Source of the DNA: an uncultured Bacilli bacterium
GTDB lineage: Bacteria; Bacillota_I; Bacilli_A; RF39; UBA660
Reading direction: 5' to 3'
NCBI GenBank assembly: GCA_947589515.1
Contig: CANQBE010000004.1
Span: 1-59,625, forward strand
Length of the DNA: 59,625 bases
Shown here: positions 49,543-58,906 of the stretch, piece by piece
How the letters are laid out: each line of letters starts with the position of its first letter
How positions within the stretch are numbered: position 1 is the first letter of the stretch
The notes under the pieces: generated by a model
What the model was told of the DNA's origin: nothing
Seen by the model: only the letters and a program-made list of their open reading frames with translations
Database searches by the model: none
Made by a program: the position numbers and the translations under genes

Positions 49543-50064
49543 GTGATTACAGCAGATATTAATCAATTGAAACTTAGACAGGAAATTGAAAACTTAGCTC
49601 GTTTACAATACCATAAACTTTATGAATACAATATGCATGGTCCAGATACTTTTGACTGTGCCGGTTTTGTATGGTTTGTATACCATGAAATTTTAAATAT
49701 TAATTTATATGAAAAGGGAATAGGGTTGTCTACTACAACTAAAATGATGACAAGTATGTATGGAAATCTCCAATTATTTTCAGAAAATGATATGGACAAA
49801 GATTTAAAGAAACTCAAAAAAGGAGATATTGTTTTTTTGCATAGACAATCGTTAGAAGATACAATTCCCAAAAAAGATAATAAATATCCTGGACATTGTG
49901 GAATTTATTTAAATGATAATTATTTTATTCATTGTTCGAGACCAAAGGGTAGAGTCATTATTAGTAATTTTTTACAAAATAGATATTGGCAAAATGTCTT
50001 AGTTGCTAGTAAAGATATTATTGGAGATTCCAAAGTATTGAAAATTACGAAAAGATATTATTAA
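49543..50064 (+). CDS. NlpC/P60 cysteine peptidase, no signal peptide
   Basis: GPDTFDCAGF, GDIVF, GHCGIY and FIHC motifs. Confidence 0.9.
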   Translation: MITADINQLKLRQEIENLARLQYHKLYEYNMHGPDTFDCAGFVWFVYHEILNINLYEKGIGLSTTTKMMTSMYGNLQLFSENDMDKDLKKLKKGDIVFLHRQSLEDTIPKKDNKYPGHCGIYLNDNYFIHCSRPKGRVIISNFLQNRYWQNVLVASKDIIGDSKVLKITKRYY

Positions 50065-50095
50065 ATAGAAAATATAGTGTTCTACAAATGCACAA

Positions 50096-50476
50096 TTATT
50101 GATACTTTTTAGATAAAGAATAGATTCTTTTTAAAACTGTTTCATTATCATAGTTATCATATTTTGGTGCTCTTTCAATTTCGGGAATTTGAAATAAATC
50201 CCAAAATTCTAATTTAATGTGATATGTTGCAATTCCTTCTGGTGTATTAATTCCAGCAATAAAATCGCCTTGAAACATTGGATCTGTTTCTTCATTAAAA
50301 TGTTTTTTGGATTTCCAAGATATATCGGGATTGCAATTACATAAAGTACAAAATAAAATCAACCTATTTTTATATAATTCTCCAAAGGTATGATGCCCAT
50401 CACTTATATCTTTAACGTTTATACTATGATTATTTTTTTCTTGTTGAATGAAATTATTTATTTCTTGAATATTCAT
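50096..50476 (-). CDS. Phage-type WDGH-like domain protein, cassette cargo
   Basis: SDGHHTFGELY, WKSKKH, FIAGINTPEG.ATYH, WDLF and PKYDNY motifs; RBS AGGAGG. Confidence 0.65.
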   Translation of the reverse strand: MNIQEINNFIQQEKNNHSINVKDISDGHHTFGELYKNRLILFCTLCNCNPDISWKSKKHFNEETDPMFQGDFIAGINTPEGIATYHIKLEFWDLFQIPEIERAPKYDNYDNETVLKRIYSLSKKYQ

Positions 50477-50644
50477 GTGGCCTCCTAACGCGCATATTTA
50501 ACTTTCTATATGCAAGCGTATTTTCTAAATTATCATAAATTTAGTGCAAAAGTGTTAAATGAAGAACGCTTGTTTGATATATTTTATTAGGAACATTTAA
50601 TAGTTGGGTGCTGCCTCTATCTTTATAGATTGAAGGTGATGCTG

Positions 50645-50728
50645 ATGAATAAGAAAGATTTTTTAATCTTTGCTTTAATCGTTGTCATCCTTTTACTTAT
50701 AGCATTACTTTTCGTAATTCTAAATTAA
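50645..50728 (+). CDS. Type I toxin-like peptide C, 27 aa (MNKKDFLIFALIVVILLLIALLFVILN)
   Basis: RBS AAGGTGA; paralog of 15501-15584. Confidence 0.82.
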   Translation: MNKKDFLIFALIVVILLLIALLFVILN

Positions 50729-50872
50729 AAGTGCACCTAACTCAAACAGTTTGAATTAGGTGCTACACAAATTATTGGGTAACACTCAACACTGCAATAT
50801 TGAATGTTCCTTTTTATTTTATGCAAGTTTCCTTGACAAATACATAATAACATATAAAAGAACTTTTGGCAA
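50725..50872 (-). ncRNA. Antisense RNA C (span includes its promoter)
   Basis: TTGCCA(50872-50867)-17-TATTAT(50849-50844); same conserved 5' block; terminator gcacctaattc..gagttaggtgc plus T-run. Confidence 0.72.
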
Positions 50873-50886
50873 GTTCTCTATATCAA

Positions 50887-50946
50887 GTTCGAAAAAGTTC
50901 GAACAGAAATGCCAATGGTGCGAATAATGTAGTAATTTACAACTTT
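50887..50946 (-). repeat. Divergent cassette junction R5 (CGCACCA core)
   Basis: Minus strand aaagttgt-aaattactacattatt-CGCACCA-ttggcatttct-GTTCGAActttTTCGAAC; same layout as R1/R2. Confidence 0.7.
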
Positions 50947-50950
50947 CTGT

Positions 50951-51043
50951 CTAATTAATCTCTATAATTATTGGTCTATGATCAGACCTTTCCTTCATCA
51001 TATCCTTTTGTTTTATAATTTTATATTCAAAATAATTTTTCAT
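50951..51043 (-). pseudogene. 30-aa remnant of an EEP (exo/endonuclease/phosphatase) gene
   Basis: MKNYFEYKIIKQKDMMKERSDHRPIIIEIN; SDHxP terminal motif; RBS GGGAG. Confidence 0.6.
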
Positions 51044-51089
51044 TTTCTATCTCCCATCTGATTTAAATTTGCATATTGGTTATCAATAT

Positions 51090-51197
51090 GCAAGTGTGTT
51101 TTCTAAATTGACAATATCAATTCAACCTATAAAAATTATATCATGAATTCGACCATTTTAAAACTCGAACTATAAAAGTCCGAGTTTGGTAACTATC
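51090..51197 (-). repeat. tRNA-proximal conserved arm R4
   Basis: Homologous to 16438-16546. Confidence 0.95.
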
Positions 51198-51274
<77 letters not shown>

Positions 51275-51348
51275 AGTTGCTCAAATGAACAATTAGATTA
51301 TATAATAAATATTCTTAGATTGTCAATACAAAAAAAAGAAAAAGGTGA

Positions 51349-51564
51349 TTATTCAGCACCCTTTACACAACTTTCTAAAATACTAAGAATTTTATTTTTC
51401 ATATCCTCATCTGCTTTTTGCCAAACTAATTCAAAAAAGACACCCATACCTGGTAGAGTAATTTCATCATTATTTTTAATACTTTCTTCAATGGCATCTC
51501 TTAAAACATTGATGTCATCTCCTTTAAAATTATTAATAATATGACTTCTAATGTCGATATTCAT
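51349..51564 (-). CDS. sspI: Small acid-soluble spore protein SspI
   Basis: DIRSHII..E.TLPGMGVFFE motif; divergent from the trmH-family gene region. Confidence 0.88.
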   Translation of the reverse strand: MNIDIRSHIINNFKGDDINVLRDAIEESIKNNDEITLPGMGVFFELVWQKADEDMKNKILSILESCVKGAE

Positions 51565-51674
51565 ATAATTCTCCTTTCAATTATATTGTGGTAGATATCG
51601 ATAACTTTTATACAAAATATAGTAATTTTTACTTGGTTATGATAAAATACTTAATAATTAAAGTGGTGATATAG

Positions 51675-52313
51675 ATGTTTATTGATATCGATGGTAAACA
51701 AGTAGAAGTGATTATTGTAAAGAAAAAAGGAAATAAAAATACTTATTTACGAGTAAAAGAAGATTTAAAACTTTATGTTACTACTTCTTCTTTGGTAAGT
51801 GATCGTAAAATTAAAAGTATAATTGATGAAAATATGTCATCAATTATTAAAATGTATCAAAAACAGAATTATAAACAAGAATTAAAAAAGGATTTTTATT
51901 ATTTAGGAAAAAAATATGATTGCGTAAAAATGAATAGTAAGGATGTTGTCTTAGGAGAAAATAAAATCTTTGTACCAAGTAATTTTGAAGAAGATAAATG
52001 GTTAAAAAAACAGGCTCTTTCTATTTTTCAAGAAAGATTAGATTATTGGTATTCTTGTTTTAATCGTAAAATACCTTATCCATCCCTTACGATTCGGAAA
52101 ATGACTTCGCGTTGGGGAGTATGCAATTCTAAATTAAAACGTGTTACTTTAAATTTAGAACTTATTAAAAAAGATATTTCTTGTTTAGATTATGTGATTG
52201 TTCATGAACTTTCTCATTTTGTGGAAATGAATCATTCTGATCGTTTTTGGAAAGTAGTAGGAGAAAATTATCCAAATTATAGAGAAATTCGCAAAATCAT
52301 GAAAAATTATTAG
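51675..52313 (+). CDS. DUF45/YgjP-like metal-dependent hydrolase
   Basis: MTSRWGVC and DYVIVHELSH..NHS..FW motifs. Confidence 0.9.
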   Translation: MFIDIDGKQVEVIIVKKKGNKNTYLRVKEDLKLYVTTSSLVSDRKIKSIIDENMSSIIKMYQKQNYKQELKKDFYYLGKKYDCVKMNSKDVVLGENKIFVPSNFEEDKWLKKQALSIFQERLDYWYSCFNRKIPYPSLTIRKMTSRWGVCNSKLKRVTLNLELIKKDISCLDYVIVHELSHFVEMNHSDRFWKVVGENYPNYREIRKIMKNY

Positions 52314-52321
52314 GAGGATGT

Positions 52322-53062
52322 ATGTTAATTACGAGTTTAGAAAATGAAAAAATAAAAAAATGTATGAAATTAAAAGAAAAAAAATATCGTGATTTGTATC
52401 AAGAGTTTCTAGTAGAAGGAGAACATTTAGTGATAGAAGCTTATCGTAGTGGTCTATTAGAAGAAATTTTATTAGAAGAAGATTCTGTTACGGTCTTAGA
52501 TGTTCCTATTACTTCAGTAACCAAAGAAATTTTAGCTAAAATCTCTACTTTGGATACTCCTAGTTATATCGTAGGAATCTGTAAAAAGAAAGAAGAAAAA
52601 CAAGAACTAGGAAATAAATTATTACTCCTTGATCGTATTCAAGATCCTGGAAATTTAGGAACAATTATTCGTAGTAGTAAAGCATTTGGTGTCGATACCA
52701 TTATTTTAGGCGATGAAACGGTTGATTTTTATAATCCCAAAGTAATTCGTGCTACTCAAGGAATGGCTTTTCATATTCAAATTATTTCTCGTAATTTAAA
52801 AGAAGTCATTTTAGAACTAAAACAAAAAGATATTCCTATTTATGGTACAAGGGTAGAATATGGGGAAGATATTCGTACTTTAACCAATCGTGATAAAGAA
52901 AAATATGCTTTAATTATGGGAAATGAAGGTAGAGGAGTTAGCGAAGACATTTTAGACTTATGTGATAAATTTATTTATATAGAATTAGATAAAGACGTCG
53001 AAAGTTTAAATGTAAGTATTGCTACTAGTATTTTATTATATGAATTAAATAGGAGGGACTAA
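52322..53062 (+). CDS. TrmH/SpoU-family RNA methyltransferase
   Basis: IQDPGNLGTIIR, GNEGRG and ESLNVS motifs. Confidence 0.93.
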   Translation: MLITSLENEKIKKCMKLKEKKYRDLYQEFLVEGEHLVIEAYRSGLLEEILLEEDSVTVLDVPITSVTKEILAKISTLDTPSYIVGICKKKEEKQELGNKLLLLDRIQDPGNLGTIIRSSKAFGVDTIILGDETVDFYNPKVIRATQGMAFHIQIISRNLKEVILELKQKDIPIYGTRVEYGEDIRTLTNRDKEKYALIMGNEGRGVSEDILDLCDKFIYIELDKDVESLNVSIATSILLYELNRRD

Positions 53063-53559
53063 TGGAAGAATTTATTTATGTTGGAAAAATTGTGAATACA
53101 CATGGACTGAAAGGAGAAATTCGAATTCTTTCTGATTTTGAAAAAAAGGATAAAGTCTTTATAGCAGGTATGCCTATTTATATTGGTAGAAAAAAAGAAA
53201 AAGAAGTGATTCGTACTTATCGTCATCATAAAAATTTTGAAATGATTACGATGGAAGGTTATACAGATATTAATGAAGTTTTACGATATAAAGGTCTATA
53301 TGTTTACGTGAAAAAGGATGATTTAAAGTTAGAAGCAGGAGAATTCTTAGAAAGTGATTTGTTAGGATTAACAGTATTAGTTGATGGAAAAGAAAAGGGA
53401 ATCGTTACGGATATTCGTGATTCTGGTCATAATAAATTTTTGGTTATTACTTATTTAGAAAAAGAAATTTTTATTCCTTATCAAAAAGAATTTATTACTA
53501 ATGTTGATTTAGAAAAAAAAGCACTTACCATTACACCAATTAAGGGGATGTTTGAATGA
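53062..53559 (+). CDS. rimM: Ribosome maturation factor RimM
   Basis: VGKIVNTHGLKGE; upstream of trmD. Confidence 0.95.
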   Translation: MEEFIYVGKIVNTHGLKGEIRILSDFEKKDKVFIAGMPIYIGRKKEKEVIRTYRHHKNFEMITMEGYTDINEVLRYKGLYVYVKKDDLKLEAGEFLESDLLGLTVLVDGKEKGIVTDIRDSGHNKFLVITYLEKEIFIPYQKEFITNVDLEKKALTITPIKGMFE

Positions 53560-54221
53560 AAATTGATATTTTAACTTTATTTCCAGAAATGTTTACTTCT
53601 GTTTTTCAAGAATCCATTATGAAAAGAGCACTCGATCGAAAATTAGTAGAAATTAATATTATTAACTTCCGTGATTTTTCTCAGGATATTCATCATAAAG
53701 TAGATGATACACCTTATGGTGGTGGAAATGGCATGGTACTGATGTGTCAACCTATTTACGATTGTATTGAATCCATTAAAACAGAAAATAGCACAGTCAT
53801 TATGCTTACACCAGATGGAAAAAAGTATGAACAAAAGATGGCTTATGATTTATCAAAAGAAAAACATTTAATTTTTCTATGTGGTCATTATGAAGGTTTT
53901 GATGAAAGAATTCGCAAAATTGTCGATTTGGAAATTTCCATTGGCGATTATGTTTTAACTGGAGGAGAAATTCCAGCTATGGTGTTAGCAGATTCTATCA
54001 TTCGCTTAATTCCTGGAGTTATTGAAGAAGAAAGTCATTTAGTAGATAGTTTTAATGATCAATTATTAGATTATGAAACGTATACCAAACCAGAAGATTT
54101 TAGAGGAATGAAAGTGCCAGAAGTACTTTTATCTGGAAATCATCAAAAAATAGATGAATTTCGAAAAAATTCGCGTTATAATAGAACTAAAGAAAGAAGA
54201 CCTGATTTATTAGAAAAGTAG
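53556..54221 (+). CDS. trmD: tRNA m1G37 methyltransferase
   Basis: VDDTPYGGG, CGHYEGFDER and SIGDYVLTGGE motifs. Confidence 0.97.
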   Translation: MKIDILTLFPEMFTSVFQESIMKRALDRKLVEINIINFRDFSQDIHHKVDDTPYGGGNGMVLMCQPIYDCIESIKTENSTVIMLTPDGKKYEQKMAYDLSKEKHLIFLCGHYEGFDERIRKIVDLEISIGDYVLTGGEIPAMVLADSIIRLIPGVIEEESHLVDSFNDQLLDYETYTKPEDFRGMKVPEVLLSGNHQKIDEFRKNSRYNRTKERRPDLLEK

Positions 54222-54231
54222 GTGGTAGTTT

Positions 54232-54693
54232 ATGGCTGATAAAAAATATTTTGTGGTAAAAGAAAAAAATAATAAGACCATTACTTATTTTGAATATGAT
54301 AAAATGGAAGGCTATGATTTATCACCTAAAAAGGGTATGAAGATTGAAGATGCTATTAATGTTAACAAAGTAGTAATTATTAATCCTTCTTTAGCAGAAA
54401 AGGTAGCCAAAAAGAAATTGGATTTAAAGTTTCGTAAACTATTACAGTTATTAAATATTATTTTTGAAACTGATGATGATACTGGTACTGCTTATCGTCA
54501 AGGCTTAGATGAAGTTAATAAATTAAGAACAGAATTATTCAATAAATATCGTAAACATTTAAATGAAGAAGAAGCAGATTTAATGGATAAAAAATTAGAT
54601 ATTTTAGAGCAAGAATTAAAGGTAAGATTATATTATTTAGAGCAAAATTATCAGAATATGTATTCTAATGGTATAGAAGGTAAATCTAGATAG
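54232..54693 (+). CDS. Hypothetical protein co-transcribed with trmD
   Basis: RBS AGGTGG, coiled-coil C-half, ends GKSR. Confidence 0.8.
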   Translation: MADKKYFVVKEKNNKTITYFEYDKMEGYDLSPKKGMKIEDAINVNKVVIINPSLAEKVAKKKLDLKFRKLLQLLNIIFETDDDTGTAYRQGLDEVNKLRTELFNKYRKHLNEEEADLMDKKLDILEQELKVRLYYLEQNYQNMYSNGIEGKSR

Positions 54694-54971
54694 TAGAAGA
54701 AAAAAAGGAATCAAGATGAGAGACAATTAAAAAAGTCAATAAGATGATAGAAGAAATTCATAATACTTAAGATTATTTTAATAAAATACTAAACGTTACG
54801 ATTAACAATTAGATAAAATAACAAAACAAGAGATAGAAAGAAATAGAAGAGATATGGATATTAATCCTTTTGGATAAAATAAGATAGTCTTTGGACTATT
54901 TTTTTAAAAGTTATTTACAATACTAGTAATTTTTGATATAGTAAATATGATTTTTGATAGGGGGATTTTCG

Positions 54972-55697
54972 ATGAAAAAGAAAGATATTAGTTACTTAAA
55001 TGAAGAACAAAGACAAGAACTAGAAAAACTAGAAAAATTAAATAAGAAATATGGCATTAAAAAATTATGTTTTTATTCATTTCCTGCAATATTATTCACT
55101 ATTGGTTTTAGTTACTTAGCTAAGCAAACTGATTCTTGCTATATGCCATTTGTAAATGAAAAAGTAACATACTGTAGTAATGATGAGCTTACTTATTCTA
55201 GTTTAAATCATGAAATTACTAGATTAGAAAAAGAAGACTCATATTTAAAAACTCTAACAAAGCTTGAATCAGATGAAAGATTAGTTTTATATTCAGCTTG
55301 GGAAAAAGTAGGAGATATTTGGTGTAGAGCTAGGAAAAATATTAATCTTACAGAAGATCAAATTATGGATTTAGAAAATCTTATGAATGAGAATGTAAGC
55401 TTAGAAGAATGGCAAAAAGCAATTGATTTATTATCTTCTTCAGGCGAATATATAATAGAATCACAAGAAACAGAACCACTTGAAAAGCAAGGATATTTTG
55501 AGTTCAAAATGATTGATGATACTTCTTATGAAGTAGAGCCTTCTTTCTCAAAAAAAGCAAATGATATATTGAAATGGCTTGTTAGTTCATTATTTGCTAG
55601 TGGTGCTTTGGGTACCATAATTAATATAGAAAATTCTGAAAATATTAGAAAAACGAAAAAGAAAATTAAAGAGTTAACTCATTCAAATAAAAAATAA
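54972..55697 (+). CDS. Hypothetical two-TM membrane protein
   Basis: Own promoter (TTTACA..TATAGT), RBS AGGGGG, two hydrophobic segments. Confidence 0.7.
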   Translation: MKKKDISYLNEEQRQELEKLEKLNKKYGIKKLCFYSFPAILFTIGFSYLAKQTDSCYMPFVNEKVTYCSNDELTYSSLNHEITRLEKEDSYLKTLTKLESDERLVLYSAWEKVGDIWCRARKNINLTEDQIMDLENLMNENVSLEEWQKAIDLLSSSGEYIIESQETEPLEKQGYFEFKMIDDTSYEVEPSFSKKANDILKWLVSSLFASGALGTIINIENSENIRKTKKKIKELTHSNKK

Positions 55698-55804
55698 AAA
55701 ATATTTGCATCATTGAATATTTTATGTTATAATTTATCTCGTTAGTAATCCGATGTTACTTGTTTGATATGATTACTGTAAAAACAAGAAAGGAGAGATA
55801 TCGT

Positions 55805-56152
55805 ATGGCAAATGTAATTGATAAAATTACAGCAAAACAGTTAAATCCTAATATTCCAGAATTTCGTGTAGGGGATACCGTAAGAGTAGATGTAAAAATC
55901 ATCGAAGGAAACAAAGAAAGAATTCAAGCTTTTGAAGGAATCGTTATTTCTCGTAAAAGTGGAGGAGTTAGTGAAACTTTTACCGTTAGAAAGATGTCTT
56001 CAGGTATTGGTGTAGAAAGAATTTTTCCAATTCATTCACCAAAAATTGCTGGTATTACAGTTGTTAAGAAAGGTAAAGTTAGACGTGCTAAATTAACATT
56101 CTTAAGAGATTTAACTGGCGGATACAGAATTAAAGAAAGAAGAAATAAATAA
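55805..56152 (+). CDS. rplS: 50S ribosomal protein L19
   Basis: [17 protein letters not shown] and GKVRRAKL motifs. Confidence 0.97.
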   Translation: MANVIDKITAKQLNPNIPEFRVGDTVRVDVKIIEGNKERIQAFEGIVISRKSGGVSETFTVRKMSSGIGVERIFPIHSPKIAGITVVKKGKVRRAKLTFLRDLTGGYRIKERRNK

Positions 56153-56183
56153 GGCTCCGCCTTATTTTTTCATTTGAGGAATT

Positions 56184-56684
56184 ATGATGGAAAAGAATAA
56201 AAAAATGGTCAAAGAAGTATTACCTTATGTTGTGATTATTCTAGTAGTTGTTCTTATTAAAATATTTGTTTTTACTCCTGTTATTGTGAATGGAGACAGT
56301 ATGTTAGATACTCTTCATGATCATGATATTATGATTTTAGATAAACTAAGTATGAGAACAAAAGGAATTCAGAGATTTGATATTGTAGTGGTGCAAGTGG
56401 GTGATACAAAAATTATTAAAAGGGTAATTGGACTTCCAGGTGAAACTATTCAATATCAAAATAATAAACTTTATATTAATGGTAAATTTATGGAAGATTC
56501 TCATGGTAGTGATGTTACTTATGATTTTGATTTGGTTACTATTCCGGATGATATGTATTATGTATTAGGAGATAATAGAACAGATTCAGTAGATAGCAGA
56601 ATACTTGGTGTCATACCTAAAAAAGATATTTTAGGGAAAGCTACTTTTATCATTTATCCATTTCAGCATTTTGGAAGTAAATAA
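56184..56684 (+). CDS. lepB: Signal peptidase I
   Basis: GDSM, IKRVIGLPGE and GDNR..S.DSR motifs. Confidence 0.95.
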   Translation: MMEKNKKMVKEVLPYVVIILVVVLIKIFVFTPVIVNGDSMLDTLHDHDIMILDKLSMRTKGIQRFDIVVVQVGDTKIIKRVIGLPGETIQYQNNKLYINGKFMEDSHGSDVTYDFDLVTIPDDMYYVLGDNRTDSVDSRILGVIPKKDILGKATFIIYPFQHFGSK

Positions 56685-56952
56685 CATTTGATGATCAAGA
56701 AGGTTATCAATTAGATTTGTCTATTAGTAATATCAATTCTACTATTGTAATACGACCAAGCAATATTTAATAAGATTTCATTTTTAAACTACCATTCACT
56801 AGTATTGGTAGTTTTTTATATATTAAAATTATTAACAGTAATGTTTATTATATTTTAGCAAATAGTAATTTCTATTTTTCTATATACATGATGCGTTGTA
56901 TAATATCATTATCAATATACTTATGATACTTTTCATGGAAACGGAGAAAACT

Positions 56953-57546
56953 ATGAAGAAATATTTAACATTGATTTTATCTATCCTCATTATGTGCTTA
57001 ACTTTTCTTAATTATTGGTTTAGTGCTGAATTAATTGATTCATTCTTTCTATTATCTTTAGTGCCCATCTTGTTATTATTTGTTGGTTGGATTATTTGTT
57101 TCTTTGTATCTGTCAAAAACATCATTTCTAAGAATTATTTAGATATAATTTCAATCATCATATTATTTATAACGATTTTGTTAGTGATATTCTTTCCTTT
57201 TTTTAAGATGAAAGTTAAATTTGAATTGGAACTATATAAAAATGAACGATTACAAGTGATTGACATGGTAAAAGATGGTCAGTTCAAACCTGATGATTCT
57301 GGTAATGTGGTATTACCAAATCAATATAAAAAGATTTCCGTTAGTGGAGAAATCCATGTATATCAAAATGATACTAATCATCAAATGATTGGCTTTTGGG
57401 TATTTAGAGGAATGTTATCTGGATCTGAAGAACTAATTTATTCAACTGGAAATGAAGAATTTATTCAACAACATGAAACTGGTCATCCTATTATCAGTAT
57501 TGAAAAATTACAAGATAATTGGTATTATGTTATAACTGATTATTAG
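56953..57546 (+). CDS. Hypothetical membrane protein (3 TM plus soluble domain)
   Basis: RBS GGAG; ends KLQDNWYYV. Confidence 0.75.
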   Translation: MKKYLTLILSILIMCLTFLNYWFSAELIDSFFLLSLVPILLLFVGWIICFFVSVKNIISKNYLDIISIIILFITILLVIFFPFFKMKVKFELELYKNERLQVIDMVKDGQFKPDDSGNVVLPNQYKKISVSGEIHVYQNDTNHQMIGFWVFRGMLSGSEELIYSTGNEEFIQQHETGHPIISIEKLQDNWYYVITDY

Positions 57547-57667
57547 TTGTTACTAAAATAATCAACTTAAAAAATTAGCAAAATAAATAGAAAAGAAAAA
57601 ATAGAATAGTTCATGTAGAAAATATTATTGACTTCCTACAAAAACTATGATGTTAAGGAGTAAAAAA

Positions 57668-58102
57668 ATGCAAAAAATAATTTCCAACCATGATGAAAAT
57701 TACTATACATATCTATATCAATTAATTTATTCCATTGCTCATATTAATCATCATTATCAATGGCTAATTACTGATTTCGAAGCATATCCTCAAATGAAAA
57801 TTTATCAAAATTTACTGATGCAGAATGAATATTTAATACTTAGTACAGAACAATTTTTAGAAATGCTAAAAAGGGATAACTTTCAATGGATTTGGGGTAT
57901 TTTTTCGGCCATTCCTAGTCAATATAGTGAGGAAGAAATATTAAATTATCCTTTACCTAATATCAAAGAAAACAAGAAAACTACCATTCAACATCCTTTA
58001 GCAGAAATAGAAATTGGTGCAATCGATTCTTCTAGTTTATACATCATTTCGGATGATACTTATATTGAGATATTTAAAAAATTATATCCATGTGCTCAAT
58101 GA
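57668..58102 (+). CDS. Hypothetical protein (DUF2691-like)
   Basis: WLITDFE, QWIWGIFSA and EIEIGAIDSS pattern; RBS AAGGAG. Confidence 0.55.
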   Translation: MQKIISNHDENYYTYLYQLIYSIAHINHHYQWLITDFEAYPQMKIYQNLLMQNEYLILSTEQFLEMLKRDNFQWIWGIFSAIPSQYSEEEILNYPLPNIKENKKTTIQHPLAEIEIGAIDSSSLYIISDDTYIEIFKKLYPCAQ

Positions 58103-58228
58103 ATAAATAACAAAGTAACGGTGAGTGAAGGTAATGGATTAAAATACTATTAGAATATCTTATTGATAAAGAAATTTGATAAAAAAAATTTAATACTATT
58201 TAATTATTAGTTAGTTGTAGGTGAGTTT

Positions 58229-58642
58229 ATGAAAATAAATATTAAGGAAAACAATAAAAATGTTTCAGAATTTAATTTACTTTATGATTTAGTTGGTTGG
58301 AAAGCATATGATGAAAGAATTTCTAAAATAGCTTTGGATCATACATTTTATTCAGTGAGTGTTTATGACGAGGATAAAATAATTGGTTATGGAAGATTAA
58401 TTGGTGATACTATCTGTTTTATTTATATACAGGATGTAATGGTTAGACCAGAATATCAATCACAGAAAATTGGTACTTTAATCATGAATACATTGTTAGC
58501 AAAAATAAAAGTATTAAAAAAAGATAATCCAAGTTTAAGAGTATATTTAGGTGCTTCTAAAGGAAAAGAAAAATTTTATGAAAAATTTGGATTTATTAGA
58601 AGAATAGATGCAAATTTAGGATATGGAATGATATTATATTAA
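58229..58642 (+). CDS. GNAT acetyltransferase
   Basis: IIGYGRLIGD, VMVRPEYQSQKIG and FYEKFGF motifs. Confidence 0.92.
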   Translation: MKINIKENNKNVSEFNLLYDLVGWKAYDERISKIALDHTFYSVSVYDEDKIIGYGRLIGDTICFIYIQDVMVRPEYQSQKIGTLIMNTLLAKIKVLKKDNPSLRVYLGASKGKEKFYEKFGFIRRIDANLGYGMILY

Positions 58643-58906
58643 TATCTGTTTTGTTAAGAAAATAGAAAGTAATAAAAATGAATGAAAATAAAACAAATAT
58701 TAACTGATTGATTACGATTTATTTAACCCCATAGTGAGACCCTTATAACGAAAGGACTTTCATGAAAAAACAAAATTACACATTTTTATTAACAAAAGGC
58801 TAAAATTGCTAAAAATTGATAAAAATACTTTAAATTTCGTTAAATTTATGTGATGAAATGAAAAGGTGATTACGACATTTAACCCTTAATAAAAACAAGA
58901 AAGTAG

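Noticed and set aside
50860-50905. GAAC/GTTC motifs as LexA (Cheo) boxes
   Set aside because: Spacing does not fit CGAAC-N4-GTTCG; better explained as junction hairpins
54694-54890. Purine-rich spacer after the trmD operon as a gene
   Set aside because: Only very short stop-interrupted frames; may be a decayed gene, but no product can be supported
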